49,119 bases of DNA from Octopus bimaculoides (GCF_001194135.2 NC_068998.1:11446315-11495433); one strand, 5' to 3'. Shown: positions 1-13,938, counted from the first letter of the stretch. Numbers and translations are program-made. Notes: generated from the letters alone by a model not told the origin.

Positions 1-967
1 GTTGTTTGTATTCTTTTTTTTTTTATACATATTTATAAAGTTTGAATTAAACAGGATTTTGGAATTCTTGGATCACAATACTTTTGAGTGAATCAACATC
101 GTTTTTGGAACAACAGAAGATTGTCAGCAACTTTTGTAAAGTGGTTTATCCCAAATGTAGCGAAATCACGTGATTGTATTTATTTTTAGGTATTTAACGA
201 AACCAGGCAAGGTGGTGTACAACTGCTAGTACGTGTGTGTGTGTATGTGTGTGTGTGTGTGATCATCATAATCATGTAGCATCCATATTCCATGTTAGCA
301 TGGGTTGAAGTGGTTTGATGGGATCTGTTAATTCAAAGGACTGTGTTGAGCTCCAATGTCTCTTTTGTGATGGATTTATGTGGCTGGATGCCCTTTCCTC
401 TGTGTGCGTGTGTGTGTGTGTATATGCATATGTATATATGTGCGTGTATATACATATACACCCCCCCACACACACACATATACATATATATATACACACA
501 CACACATATATGGGATGAGTGACTGAGATACATTCATCATCATCCAGTGTTTTAAATCTGGGTTTTGTCCCCGTCAACGGGAGTGGCCAGATCTACCTCA
601 ATGCCATAGCAACCGAGGTAAGCAGGTGCAGAATATAAGTTGAAAATCCACCGTTATGCAAATGATGAAACCTTGCAGGTCACATAACTGGCTGACAAAA
701 TCATGTCAAAGAAGTCTGAGTGGTGCCACACCTCTTTCAAAATCCAAATGTGTGTAAAAGAGAGAGAGAGACAGAGACAGAGAAAGTGGATGGTGGGAGG
801 GGGGGAGAGAAAAAGAAAAAAAAGCTAGTAAATTCATCAAAGGAAGTTAAGTGGCTTATAGCAGGGGGTTAGTAGACCGTAAATAAGCTAGGGGCAATTA
901 GAAAGAAATACATATCTGGTCCAAAGAACACAAAGACACATACAACCCCCCCTCCCCCGTAAGCAAT

Positions 968-1007
<40 letters not shown>

Positions 1008-1606
1008 ACGCACTCACACACATAACCTCAAAACAAATTGCAATCACTGGTCTGAGGTATCATCATCATCATCATCATCATTTAACATCTGTTTTCCATG
1101 CTAGCATGGGTTGGACAGTTTGACAAGAACTGGCCAGCGGAAGAGTTGCGCAGACTTCATGTCTGTTTTTGGCATGGTTTCTACAGCACCTCCTCATATA
1201 TCCACCATCGTCATCATCATCATCATCATTTCACATCCACTATCTATGCTTGCATGGGTCAGCCAGAGTTTATTTGAGGCAGATATTCAACAGCTGGATG
1301 CCCTTTCTGTCACCAACCTTTGCCTGTTTCTATATAAGGTATTATCCTTCCTAACACTAACCACTTTACAGAGTGTACTTGGTGCCATACCAGGCAGTCT
1401 TCTCTCTTGCACACTACATCTGATGCCTCTTATACCCAATTTCTCTCTCAAATCACTTACACTCTGTCGTATATGCACACTGGCATCTAATGCCTCATAT
1501 AGTATAGAATCTATCTGATGATGTGAAACAGCAATGCACCAGTAAAACAAAGTTATCATCAAATATGTATGTGTGTATGTGTGTCTATGTAGATATAAGT
1601 GTTTGT

Positions 1607-1657
<51 letters not shown>

Positions 1658-1714
1658 TATGTGTGTGTGCATTTTATATGCATATGTACATATATATGTG
1701 TGTATATATATATA

Positions 1715-2016
1715 TCGAGCGACGTCGTTGCCAGTGCCGCTGGACTGGCTCCCGTGCAGGTGGCATGTAAAAAGCACCTTTTTGAGCGTGGCCGTTGCCA
1801 GTACCGTGTGACTGGCCCTCGTGCCTGTGGCACGTAAAAACACCCACTACATTCTTGGAATGGTTGGCGTTAGGAAGGGCATCCAGCTGTAGAAACTCTG
1901 CCAGATCAGATTGGAGCCTGATGCAGCCTGCTGGCTTGCCAGTCCTCAGTCAATCATCCAACGCATGCTAGCATGGAAAGCAGACGTTAAACGGCGACGA
2001 CGATGATGATGATGAT
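1715..2016 (+). mobile_element. RTE-tailed non-autonomous retroelement (family D) with (GAT)n tail
   Basis: gttgccagt.c..ctggactggctc...gtggcacgtaaaa units plus the tail ggttggcgttaggaagggcatccagctgtagaaact...catgctagcatggaaagc.gacgttaaacgatgatg. Related copies lie at ~265-390, 1065-1330, 2270-2990, 3305-3448, 12490-12620, 21835-22330, 26465-26700, 30500-30690, 33240-33375, 35600-35835 and 45285-45485. Confidence 0.85.
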
Positions 2017-2024
2017 ATAATATA

Positions 2025-3289
2025 CAGGGTTGTTAAAATAAAATGAACCAATTTCATTATGCAATATTCTAATAAGGAAAAGCAATAGAAATCTCCAGCT
2101 CAGTCACAAGTATTTACTTATGATCAACTTTTATTTCCTGTCTTACAAGTGTTCAGTGTGGCGTCCACCTGCTGCATGGGCAACATCAGTGCAATAAGAG
2201 AATTCCTCCCAGACACATATCAGCATATCATGATCCACTGAGTTGATCACTGTTGTTATTCAATATTTAAGGTCATTGAAGGTCTTGGCTGAGGTGGTGA
2301 GGCAAGACCTTCGTACATTGGGCCTCACCAAGGCGATGACTACTGACCGAGACCTTTGGAAATGTGCTGTGCGTGAGAAGACCCGGCAAGCCAAGTAAGA
2401 TCATTGCCAGTGCCCCTGGACTGGCTCTTGTGCGGGTGGCACATGAGATGCACCATTTTGATCGTGGCCGTTGCCAGTACNNNNNNNNNNGTCTTGGCTG
2501 AGGTGGTGAGGCAAGACCTTCGTACATTGGGCCTCACCAAGGCGATGACTACTGACCGAGACCTTTGGAAATGTGCTGTGCGTGAGAAGACCCGGCAAGC
2601 CAAGTAAGATCATTGCCAGTGCCCCTGGACTGGCTCTTGTGCGGGTGGCACATGAGATGCACCATTTTGATCGTGGCCGTTGCCAGTACCGCCTGACTGG
2701 CTCCCGTAGGATTTTCGAGTGAGATCGTTGCCAGTGCCCATGGACTGGCTTGTGCAGGTGGCACATAAAAGACACCATTTCGAGCGTGGCCGTTTTCGTG
2801 CGGGTGACACATAAAAGCACCCACTACACTCTCTGAGTGGTTGGCGTTAGGAAGGGCATCCAGCTGTAGAAACTCTGCCAAATTAGATTGGAGCCTGGTG
2901 TAGCCATCCGGTTTCCCCAGTCCTCAGTCAAATCGTCCAACCCATGCTAGCATGGAAAGCGGACGTTAAACGATGATGATGATGATGATGATTGAGATTA
3001 CTGGGTGGTGGTGGAATATGAACACAATCTTTTATGTATCCCCACAAAAAAAGAAGTCACACAACAGTCATCAACTCAGTGGATCGTGATATGCTGATAC
3101 GCATCTAGGAGGAATTCTCTTATTGCATTGATGTTGGTGGAGGTGGTGGTGGCCTCATTGAACAGTTGTAAGACAGGAAAGAAAAGTTGTTCATGAGTAA
3201 ATACTTGTGACTTAGCTGGAGATTACTATTGCTTTTCCTTATTAAAATATTGCATAATGAAATGGGTTCGTTCTTTTTGAATAACCCTG
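2025..3289. mobile_element. Tc1/mariner-type MITE with ~230-bp imperfect TIRs (2025-2256 / 3061-3289), interrupted by an RTE-tailed retroelement
   Basis: TA|cagggttgtt...ataaccctg|TA ends; the arms align as reverse complements. Confidence 0.8.
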
Positions 3290-3482
3290 TATATGTATAT
3301 ATATATCATCATCGTTTAACGTCCACTTTCCATGTTAGCATGGGTTGGACGATTTGACTGAGGACTGGCGAGCCAGATGGCTGCACCAGGCTCCAATCTC
3401 ATCTGGCAGAGTTTCTACAGCTGGATGCCCTTCTTAATGCCAACCACTATATATATGTTTATATATATATAGGTTGGCCCTC

Positions 3483-3529
<47 letters not shown>

Positions 3530-3557
3530 GACACACACACACACACANNNNNNNNNN

Positions 3558-3605
<48 letters not shown>

Positions 3606-4177
3606 GACACACACACACACACAAAGATAAATATATATCATTGGCATCATTGTCAAGTAAAGTAACTTGTAAAACATTTTGTTGTTGTTCACTTCTGAGG
3701 TCAGCTCCATTGAAGCCAACTTATAATGTAAGCCATTCAATGTATGGCCATATGAGTTTCTATTTTTAATCTTCTGAGCAAAAGCATAACCCAAGGCTTT
3801 TACAGTCGATTATTATTTATCCAAAATGCTTTGATATGAAATTTCTTTGGGATTTTTTCCTTCTTTTTCTTTTTTTTAACCTGTTTTCAGTATTATTGTA
3901 TATTTACATCTATAAAATAGGTCAGCTTGGGCATTTACCCAAAGTCAAACAATGTTATTTGTTAATATTTCCTAACACAGCTTATATTGCAGATGTAGTT
4001 TTATACAATTTGGCTTTCATCCATTTTGGCTCAGCTTAGTAGAAGTTCCATTTTTCACCTCAAACAAATTCTCTAATTTCTTTGTCACTTAATTTTGTCA
4101 ACCACAAGAAAAAAACCCAGCTACATGTCATTTTGGCTTTCTTTTAACAATTTCATTTTATGCTACCTTTTTGCTTC

Positions 4178-4575
4178 ATTCTTTTATTCTTTTACTTGTT
4201 TCAGTCATTTGACTGCGGCCATGCTGGAGCACCACCTTTAGTCGAACAAATAAACCTCCAGGACTTATTATTTGTAAGCCTGGTACTTGTTCTTTCGGCC
4301 TCTTTTGCCGAACCACTAAGTTACGGGGACATAAACACACCATCATCAGTTGTCAAGAGATGGTGGGGGGACAAACACAGACACAAATACATACATACAT
4401 ACATACACACACATACACAGACACTCACACATATGTACACACATGCGTACACACATACATACATATGATGGACTTCTTTCAGTTTCTGTCTACCAAATAC
4501 ACTCACAAGGCTTTGGTCAGTCTGAGGTTATAGTAGAAGACACTTGCCCAAAGTACCATGTAGTGGGACTATTTT
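4178..4575 (-). mobile_element. tRNA-derived SINE family A (central TA/CA microsatellite)
   Basis: Reverse complement of the consensus gtggtaag..ggttcagtcccactg..cttgggcaagtgtcttctactatagc..gtagacggaaactgaaag..gctccagcatggccgcagtcaaatgactgaaacaagtaaaag. Confidence 0.9.
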
Positions 4576-4915
4576 GAAAAATTTTTAGGCATTTTCCATT
4601 AGTGATGTTTCACTACTTTGAAAAAAATTTTGGATTTTGGAGATTTCCAAAATTTCAGCTAAAGAATTATCAACTTCATTGTCAAATGTGTTCTTTTTAT
4701 ATGACAGGAGGGTGTGGTCTGAGGGAGATTTTGTGATTTCTTTACCAAGACACACAACCACATCAAACATTTTTTTTCTTCTGTTGAATTAGGATTTATT
4801 TCATCATTTGTATAAGCACCAAGAAATTTAATAAAAGTTAAATTATAATTATTGTGCATGTGCCATATTTTCTGACATGGTAGCCAAAATACACTCCCAA
4901 AGTTTCCTGTCATAT

Positions 4916-4944
<29 letters not shown>

Positions 4945-4951
<7 letters not shown>

Positions 4952-5179
4952 TACATATATCTCTTATCTTTTTCTACTTTTATTCATTTGACTGCAGCCA
5001 TGCTGGAGCATCACCTTAAGGGTTTTTTAGTTGAATAAATCAATCCCGGCACTTATTCTTTGTAAGCCTAGTACTTATTCTATCGGTTTCTTTTGCCAAA
5101 CTGCTAAGTTATGGGGATGTAAACGCACCAACTTCAGTTGTCAAGTGATGGTGAGTGGGGGACAAACTCAGACACAATG

Positions 5180-5236
<57 letters not shown>

Positions 5237-5400
5237 TATACACAATGGGCTTATTTCAGTTTCCATCTACCAAATCCACTCACAAAGCTTTGGTCGGCCT
5301 GAGGCTATAGTAGAAGATTCTTGCCCAAGGTGCCACACAGTGGGACTGAACTTGGAACCATGTGCTTGGAAAGCAAGCTCCTTACCACACAGCCATGCCT
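4945..5400 (-). mobile_element. SINE family A
   Basis: Same consensus, minus strand. Confidence 0.9.
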
Positions 5401-6376
5401 GTCCCTGAACATAAAGCAGGTACAATATTTGGGACAGATATGTTCGGTTTAAATGCTTAAGAGTTAATGTAACAAATGGCAAAAGTGGTAAATGTTAATA
5501 CATTTTTCTTTATCAACCAAAGTAGTGCTTTATTAAAAAAGCAGATACAATTTTCTGTGAATCTACAATTCTAGCATGTCTTTGATGCCGTGTCAAAGCA
5601 AATGTGGCAAAGCTGTCCTTTCTGCTCTGATGCATAAAGTCTGTTTTGCAGACACATCTTACAAACAACTTTTATACTGCACTCAACATGTTTGTGAATG
5701 AAATTCTATTCCTTTGCCCCATTGGAATTGAATTTCACACCAGCTTTCTTTGACCCAGGCTTTGTTAAAAGCTCATGTCCATAGCTTAGCTACCAAGGAC
5801 TCACCCATTGATCTGTATCATGTGACATACCTTAAAATCTTAGGATTGTAGCTGTTGACACAGCATGGCTGATATATACACTGAAAAGTGGGCCAGCATT
5901 TCTTTTTCTCTTATAGGCCTGGCTGTGTGGTTAAGAAGTTTGATTTGCAACCACTTGGTTTCAGGTTCAGTCCCATGACATGACATGACACCTTAGACAA
6001 GTGTCTTCTACTCTGTTCTTCATATTTAATGATTCCTTTAACCCAGGGTCAAGTAGCAACCAAGGAATATGTTTTTGTAGGGACATGATATCTGTGTCAC
6101 AGATGTGCGCCTCTGGTGTGTTTAACTGTGCTTTTATTTATATAATCCTCATTTATTCTGAAACATCTGGAACTTTCTATACTATGCATAATGACGGGTA
6201 TTCAAGGCAGTTGACTAATCAGATGTAGACTGATCCTAGCCATTAAACCTACATATTTTTTTCACACCGGATTTCGCTATAAACGAATTATAAATATTTA
6301 AACTTTTGTTTACTCTTGATGTTATTTAATACATACATTACAATATTTCATGTTTTGTTTTTTTTTTCTATTCCAG

Positions 6377-6477
6377 ATTGAAGAGTACATAAGTACCACT
6401 GGGTTTGACATTGTCTGGAAGCGAATGAAAGGTAGCCAAAAGTTGGGCAAAGACATAGAAGAATATCTGAAATCATT
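6377..6477 (+). CDS. PSTPIP1/2-like: F-BAR gene exon A (101 nt, phase 0/2): [33 protein letters not shown](L)
   Basis: ttttctattccag| acceptor, |gtgagt donor; FCH N-terminal motif (GF..L.KR...G....KD.EE.LK). Confidence 0.9.
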
Positions 6478-8469
6478 GTGAGTTAATTAAAACTTCAATA
6501 TATAAATTGTAGCAATTCAAACTGTCACTAAAACACTTATCTTTCAGCAAAACTATGAGATGATATTTTGTTTCACTTTATTTTTATTTTAAAATTTTCT
6601 TTTTTTTTTTTGCCATGTATTGTTACACAATAACTCTGGCTTTATTGTTTCATTATTGCAAAAGAAATCATCATCATCAGCATTTCAATGTTTAGTATTT
6701 GTTGGCCAAACTGATATTTTTTAAATACAGCTCACTCATTAGAAAAAAAAAAACAACAAAAAAACACCACCACCCCCCATCCTTTTAATCATTGGTAAAC
6801 ATATTATTTCTTCTCAAATAAACACATTTACAATTGCTTAATTCAGCTTTATGTGGAATCCTAAATTATTCATTCATTTATTTATTTAAAATTTAAAATT
6901 ATTCCCATTCTTAATTTGCTTTCTGTATTTTGGGAGAGAAAAAAAACAAAAAAAACAAACAAGGAATAGCTCATTTGTAGTTTATTTATTCACCAACAGA
7001 TGATTCTCAAGATGAGAATGGAAGGGGCAGTTGTAATAATTTTCCTTTTTTTTTTGTTTATTATTGGTGGGGGAGGAGGAGGAGGAAGAAGTCTGTTATT
7101 GATTTTAATAACGAAATCACTTCTCAACTTATTTGCTTTATAGTACACCCAAGCACTGCACACAATAAGTCCATTATACGTATATCTTCTATACGACCTT
7201 ATTTTGCATTTCTCTGTTGTTGATGGTGATGATGATGGTGGTGGTGGTGGTGGTGGCAGCGGCGGCGGTAGTGGTGATGGTGGCAGTAGTGGTAACAGTG
7301 ATAGCAATTGTAATTGTAATGAAATATCCACCTGAATAGGATATAATAACACTTAGATATACACTCCTAAACGAATATAAATAACCATGCGAGCACAGAT
7401 TTAGACTATTATACATACACACACGCAAACATAAGAGCGTTTGTAGGTGCCTACAATTGTCAACCTCATTTACACTTCCGTATTCCTTGCTGGCAAGGAT
7501 TGGCTTGTTCAACAGGATCTGACAGTTCAGAGGGTTGCATTGAGCTTCACTCTCGGCTTAGATATGTTTTCCATATATCTTCGTAATACCAGTCCCTTTA
7601 CAGAGCGATTTGGATGTAAGTGCCATTATAATCAACACATCTTTGCCATATTTGGCAATATTTGAACTCAGATCATAATGAGCCAGAAGAAATGCTGTAG
7701 AGAATTTTGTTTGATGCGCTAATGATGTCATGAGAAATTCAGGCGATGTATTTTAATTAGTTTTAAATGTAAATAAGTGCAGTCATAGCTGAGTGGTAAT
7801 GATTTGAATTTCCAGCCGCATGGTTCCTGGTTCAGTCCTACTGTGTGGCACCTCAGGCAGGTTTTTTCTGCTTGAGTCTGAAGATGACCAAAGCCTTGTG
7901 ATTGCATTTGGGATGGAAACAAAAAGAAGCCCATTGTGTGTGTGTGTGTCACAGTTTCCTTACCTTGACATCATGTAGTAGCTGTAAACGAGTGTCACCA
8001 ACATGTAAGCGGTGTCCTCTGTTTCCAGTCTTCCATGAAAAACTTGTCTTGCCATGGAAAATAAATCCTTACTCAGAAACAGGTGAGGGTTGGCTGCAGG
8101 AAAGGTATCCTGCCATTAGAACCCCACCCCTCCATCTTATCAAATTCTGTCTGACCCATATGAGCATGGAAAAGGGATCATTGATAATTGCTTAAGCAGT
8201 GTTTCTGTGGTAAGAAGTTCGCTTCTCAACCGCATGTTTTGAGATCAATCCAATTACTCTCTCTCTTTTTACTCTTTTACTTGTTTCAGTCATTTGACTC
8301 CGGCCATGCTGGAGCACCGCCTTTAGTCGAGCAAATCGACCCCAGGACTTATTCTTTGGAAGCCTAGTACTTATTCTATCGGTCTCTTTTGCCAAACCGC
8401 TAAGTTATGGGGACATAAACACGCCAGCATTGTTTGTCAAGTGATGTTGGGGGGACAAACACAGACACA

Positions 8470-8506
<37 letters not shown>

Positions 8507-11500
8507 NNNNNNNNNNNNNNNNNNNNNNNNNNNNNNNNNNNNNNNNNNNNNNNNNNNNNNNNNNNNNNNNNNNNNNNNNNNNNNNNNNNNNNNNNNNNNN
8601 NNNNNNNNNNNNNNNATATACGACAGGCTTCTTTCAGTTTCCGTCTACCAAATCCACTCACAAGGCTTTGGTCGGCCCGAGGCTATAGTAGAAGACACTT
8701 GCCCAAGGTGCCACGCAGTGGGAGTGAACCCGGAACCATGTGGTTGGTAAGCAAGCTACTTACCACACAGTCACTCCTGCACCTATATATATATATATAG
8801 CATCCTGGGAAAACATCTGCTTCTTTTAATGCTGGGCCAACAAGAGCCCCATGAATGGATTTGGTAGGCAGACACTAAAAGAAGCCTGGTGTGTTTATGT
8901 GCATAAGTGCAAATGGGTAACCTTGTGACAGACTAGCCTTCCGATTGGGTGGAATGCTGGTCTGCTCACCTAGTCATATGAGCATGGAAAAGGGATCATT
9001 AAAACGATGGCAATGATGATGATGATGATGATGAATCTGTTAAATATGAATGTACTATTTCACACGACCCCACTCCACCTCTGCCCTACAGACATACTCC
9101 AGTCAATCAGAATATATCAATAGGTATATAGATAAACACTGACCTTGTATAGTACACACCTACCCTTCCTGTGGTTCCATCCCTTTTTTCTATTCTTCAA
9201 TAACCTGAATTGCTTATATACTCCTCTTCTATCCATNNNNNNNNNNNNNNNNNNNNNNNNNNNNNNNNNNNNNNNNNNNNNNNNNNNNNNNNNNNNNNNN
9301 NNNNNNNNNNNNNNNNNNNNNNNNNNNNNNNNNNNNGAAGAAGAAAATATTAAAAGGAATAAAGAAAAGAAAGGAAAAAGGAATACGAAAATAGAGATAA
9401 GAGAAAGCGTACCGAATCAAACCCACTACCTTATGATTGTGAGCCCAGCACTCTAACCACTGAGCCATGTACCTTCTACATTTGACAACAGCTTACAAAA
9501 CTTAATCATTTATACCAGTGGTTCACAACCGGGGTCCATATAAGATTTTTGGAGTTCATGCAACAAAATAATAAATTGGGGATCCACAGCAATATTTTAA
9601 GGGCCCCGAAAAGAACTAGGTTCCTTTCTCTACATTTTGCATGATTCAACCTATACAAGTTAATGTGCAAAAAACAAAATAGGAATTTTGAAAGAAGTTT
9701 CTATAAAACTAGATTTTAGACATTGAATGGTTATTGGGGTCCACCTGAATAAAATTGTAATCAAAGGGGTCCATAGATAAAAACTGGTTGAGAACCCCTG
9801 ATTTATACTGTATAACAGATTGGTTGCTCACCTAGAAAGTAATTATATCTTACCACAGCAAAAAGGGTGTTGGAAACGGATGTAAGGCTTGATAACAACT
9901 CCTGGCAAACCAAGCTGTAGCAGAAGACAGTAAAGAGAGAAAAATAGATCTTAGCATGACATGAATTGTTTACCAAAAAAGCATTTAACAGCATGCTGTC
10001 TTCTTAGATACAAGGAACACTCCATACAAATAACGTAGGGTCAATACTAATATGATACATCAACCATGTTGTATCAAAATGGGAAACAACTGTATTGTGT
10101 GTTGGCACTCCATCGCTTACGACGTCGAGGGTTCCAGTTGATCCGATCAACAGAACAGCCTGCTCGTGAAATTAACGTGCAAGTAGCTGAGCACTCCACA
10201 GACACCATGTACCCTTAACGTAGTTCTCGGGGTTATTCAGCGTGACACAGTGTGACAAGGCTGACCCTTTGAATTACAGGCACAACAGAAACAGGAAGTA
10301 AGAGTGAGAGAAAGTTGTGGTGAAAGAGTACAGCAGGGTTCGCCACCATCCCCTGCTGGAGCCTCGTGGAACTTTAGGTGTTTTCGCTCGATAAACAATC
10401 ACAACGCCCGGTCTGGGAATCGAAACCGCGATCCTATGACCGCGAGTCCGCTGCCCTAACCACTGGACCATTGCGCCTCCAAACAACTGTATTACTGCAA
10501 AACAAAGAACAATTAATTAAAACCAATCCTATATCTGTTTGATGAAGAATCTTTCTGGAAGACTCCTTATCTCTGTCTACTCTTCTATGTTGTTCTGATA
10601 CCGTTAACACATATGCTGAATTAAAACCATCATGGGTTGTAAATTATAACCATCTCCTTTGTGTGGATGATTTAAATATTGTTCACAAGAGTCAATACAT
10701 GGCTGAAGAACCCACTTAAAATTGTTTATGATTTTAGACAAGTTCTAGATATGAGCATGGGATTAGGCAAAAGTATCAAAGCCACACTTTAAGAGGCAAA
10801 TTAACTAAAACTGAGAGTAACTCAATTAAATTTAAACGCAAAAATCAGACAATTAAAAGAAAACCACTCATGCAAGTACTTAATAGTTGAAACTGATAAG
10901 ACTCAGCATATTGAAATGAAGGAGAAAGTTAGAAGAGAGCACTTGAGAAGGGTCAAACTTAAAAAAAAAAAAAAAAAAATGAATTCAGCGCTAGAAATAT
11001 GATAAATATGAATTCACTAGTTATTCTTGTTACAATCTAAAGCTTTGGCTCCTCTAATATATTGGGAGTTAATGGAACTGAAGAGCTTTGATGGAGACGC
11101 TAGGAAACTAATAGCCAAAGCCATCATTCTAAATCTGGTATAGACAGGATATACCTAGTTTGTGCATTAGGAGAATGGGGTTTTGATAATTATAGAAAAC
11201 TACTTACCACAAAATACAACCCTCTACATGAGAGACACCACCAACTAAATCATTCAGTGAAAAACCTATGGAAAGAGATGGAGAAGACACCCAAAGATGA
11301 ACTGGCACCAAACAATCAACAGGAACACACAGTTGATTGACAGAATGTAGAACGACACGTTGAGAAAAGCAAGGAACCGTGATCATTGGGCACACTTTGA
11401 CTGCCTCGTGTATCTCAAGACATGGAAGCCTCTAAGTCTAAATAAGATTACCACAAAATATTTCTTTATATGTCTCTTTTTGTAACTTTATTTTGGAAAG

Positions 11501-13682
11501 TATTATTGTCAGAACCAGGTTATATTGTCCAAAAGAAGGAGAGAAAAGGAATTCATATTGTTAGTTTTGCATTTAAGAGTAGAATTATTCTAAACCATCA
11601 ACTAATTCCAATTACTATGAAGGAGTGTAATGGCGTACTTTTATTGGTAAAAAAAAAGCATTGAGAACAGTAGCCCTTATAAGCTTCTCTTCCATGGCTT
11701 CTATTGAGAACACTCCCTTTTTTTCACCACAAACAGTTCTTACTCCCAAACTTATTTCAGACCACATGAATTCATATTCCAGATACTGGAATCTTCTGAA
11801 CTACATTTAATTCCAGCAATGAGACAAAGAGATCTAATATACAATTAATACTAGACTTACAAAGTAAGTACTGGTGTCAATTTGTTTCACTAAACCCTTC
11901 AAGGCAACGCTCCAGAATGGCCACAGTCCACTGAATGAAACAAGCAAAAAATAAAAGATTATTCTGAACAACTATGGATGACTGTACAACCATCATTTCA
12001 GAGAATTAACCAACAAGGGTGTCCTCTCTGCTGTTACAAAGACCAGCTAAAGTTAACCCTCAGAATTGATGAAACTAATAAGATGTGGATCAACACTAAC
12101 AGAAGCTTTCTCCATTTGCTTCCTCCATCATCTTCAGACGATTCAAATTTCTGGCAACTACCATTAACCCTTTAGTGTTCACATTATTCTGCCAAAATTG
12201 ATGCTTTTTTATCCACATTGCTTTGAACTAATCATGCATTATCTTGTAGCTATAAGAATTTGATGAGGTAGCTGCTAATTTTTAAAATGATATTGTAGGG
12301 TTGGTGTGAGAGACCAGATCTGGCCAGTTCTAACATAAAACAGGCAGGATACTTTTGGCCAGATATGGCCGGTTTAAATGCTAAAGGGTTAATGCATCAG
12401 CAGTCCCACATACCATGCTTATTGTATCTCTCTTGTTCCCTTCTGGGGTCCCACACTCAGACATTTCTTCATTGTCATCATCAACATTCAAGCGAGGTCG
12501 TTGCCAGTGCCGCTGGACTGGCTCCTGTGTAGGTGGCACGTAAAATACACCATTTTGAGCGTGGCCGTTGCCAGTACTGCCTGACTGGCCTTCGTGGTGC
12601 CGGTGGCACGTAAAAGCATTACCAAGGAAACATGATCATGGAAACCAAGTAATTCAGAAAGTGGTTAACACACCGTTTCCCTCAGTGATAACAAATACAC
12701 AAAATAAAACAATAATATACATTAGTAATATTTATACAGTTACAAAAGTTACACAGTTTGCTCATAGAACCACATTACAAATATATAGGAATCACAATAT
12801 ATTGCTAGTAAATAATAAATTAGTGTTAATGCCAGTAAATGTCATATGTTATTGGTATGAGATCTTTTGACATGGTCATTCTGGTGTTGCCTGTTTGGTA
12901 TCACTGGGTTTGATACTGACCAATTTGAATTCAGACTTTTTTATGTTTTCTTTTCCTTTTTTTCTATAATAATAAAAAGCATCCAGTCCACACTGTAAGT
13001 GGTTGGAATTTGGAANNNNNNNNNNNNNNNNNNNNNNNNNNNNNNNNNNNNNNNNNNNNNNNNNNNNNNNNNNNNNNNNNNNNNNNNNNNNNNNNNNNNN
13101 NNNNNNNNNNNNNNNNNNNNNNNNNNNNNNNNNNNNNNNNNNNNNNNNNNNTATATATAGGTAAGTGGTAGGTTTGCCTCGATCCTTCAGGAGTAGTCTG
13201 AAGCATCCAAGCAACCAGGGGATGTTTAAATCCGGAGGCACTCCTGGGGATCACCTGTATGGGTACCGTCTTGGGAAGAGGGCATCCAGAGGCAGGTAAT
13301 ATGTTGCTTAAACCGTAGTTTATGTATTTACTTGGAGAATGGAGCAACAAATACAAGAAAAAGCATTTTCGTTGGACTAGATAGCCGTTGTTTTATTATG
13401 TGGAGCTTGTGAAATGAGTCAATGTGGAGGTTTAGGTTATGTAATGAGTAATTTTGTATATTATGTCTTAGTCACTTACGTACGTTTCTCTGAAGAGACC
13501 GGCCAAACTACTGGCTGCATCGAAACGTACGTAAGTGACTAAGACATAATATACAAAATGACTCATTACATAACCTAAACCTCCACACTGACTCATTTCA
13601 CAAGCTCCACATAATAAAACAACGGCTATCTGGTCCAACGAAAATGCTTTTTCTTGTATTTGTTGCTCCATTCTCCAAGTAA

Positions 13683-13722
<40 letters not shown>

Positions 13723-13907
13723 GAACCATGTACCTCCTCTATAACAAAACACCTATTTCTTCCTCCTTATTTCTTTGTCACGCTCTAACCTTTCATCCTC
13801 TGACATGAGTCCCCCTCCTCAAATGCCACTGCCCCTCTCATAACTCCTTGTCTTGCAAGTTACTTGGTGACCCTGTCAGTGCAGGTGCCACTTAAAAGCA
13901 CCCAATG

Positions 13908-13938
<31 letters not shown>

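Noticed and set aside
1510-1530. ctgatgatgtgaaac, hammerhead-like words
   Set aside because: Only 3 nt lie between CUGAUGA and GAAA, so no stem II can form.
2281-2690. Apparent perfect ~200-bp tandem duplication
   Set aside because: Identical copies flank a 10-N gap, typical of a scaffolding overlap artefact; the same pattern occurs at ~3470-3620.
10380-10480. tRNA-like A/B boxes (also ~32120, 35000, 18620, 21372)
   Set aside because: These are SINE heads continuing into repeat bodies with TSDs; no complete cloverleaf is evident.
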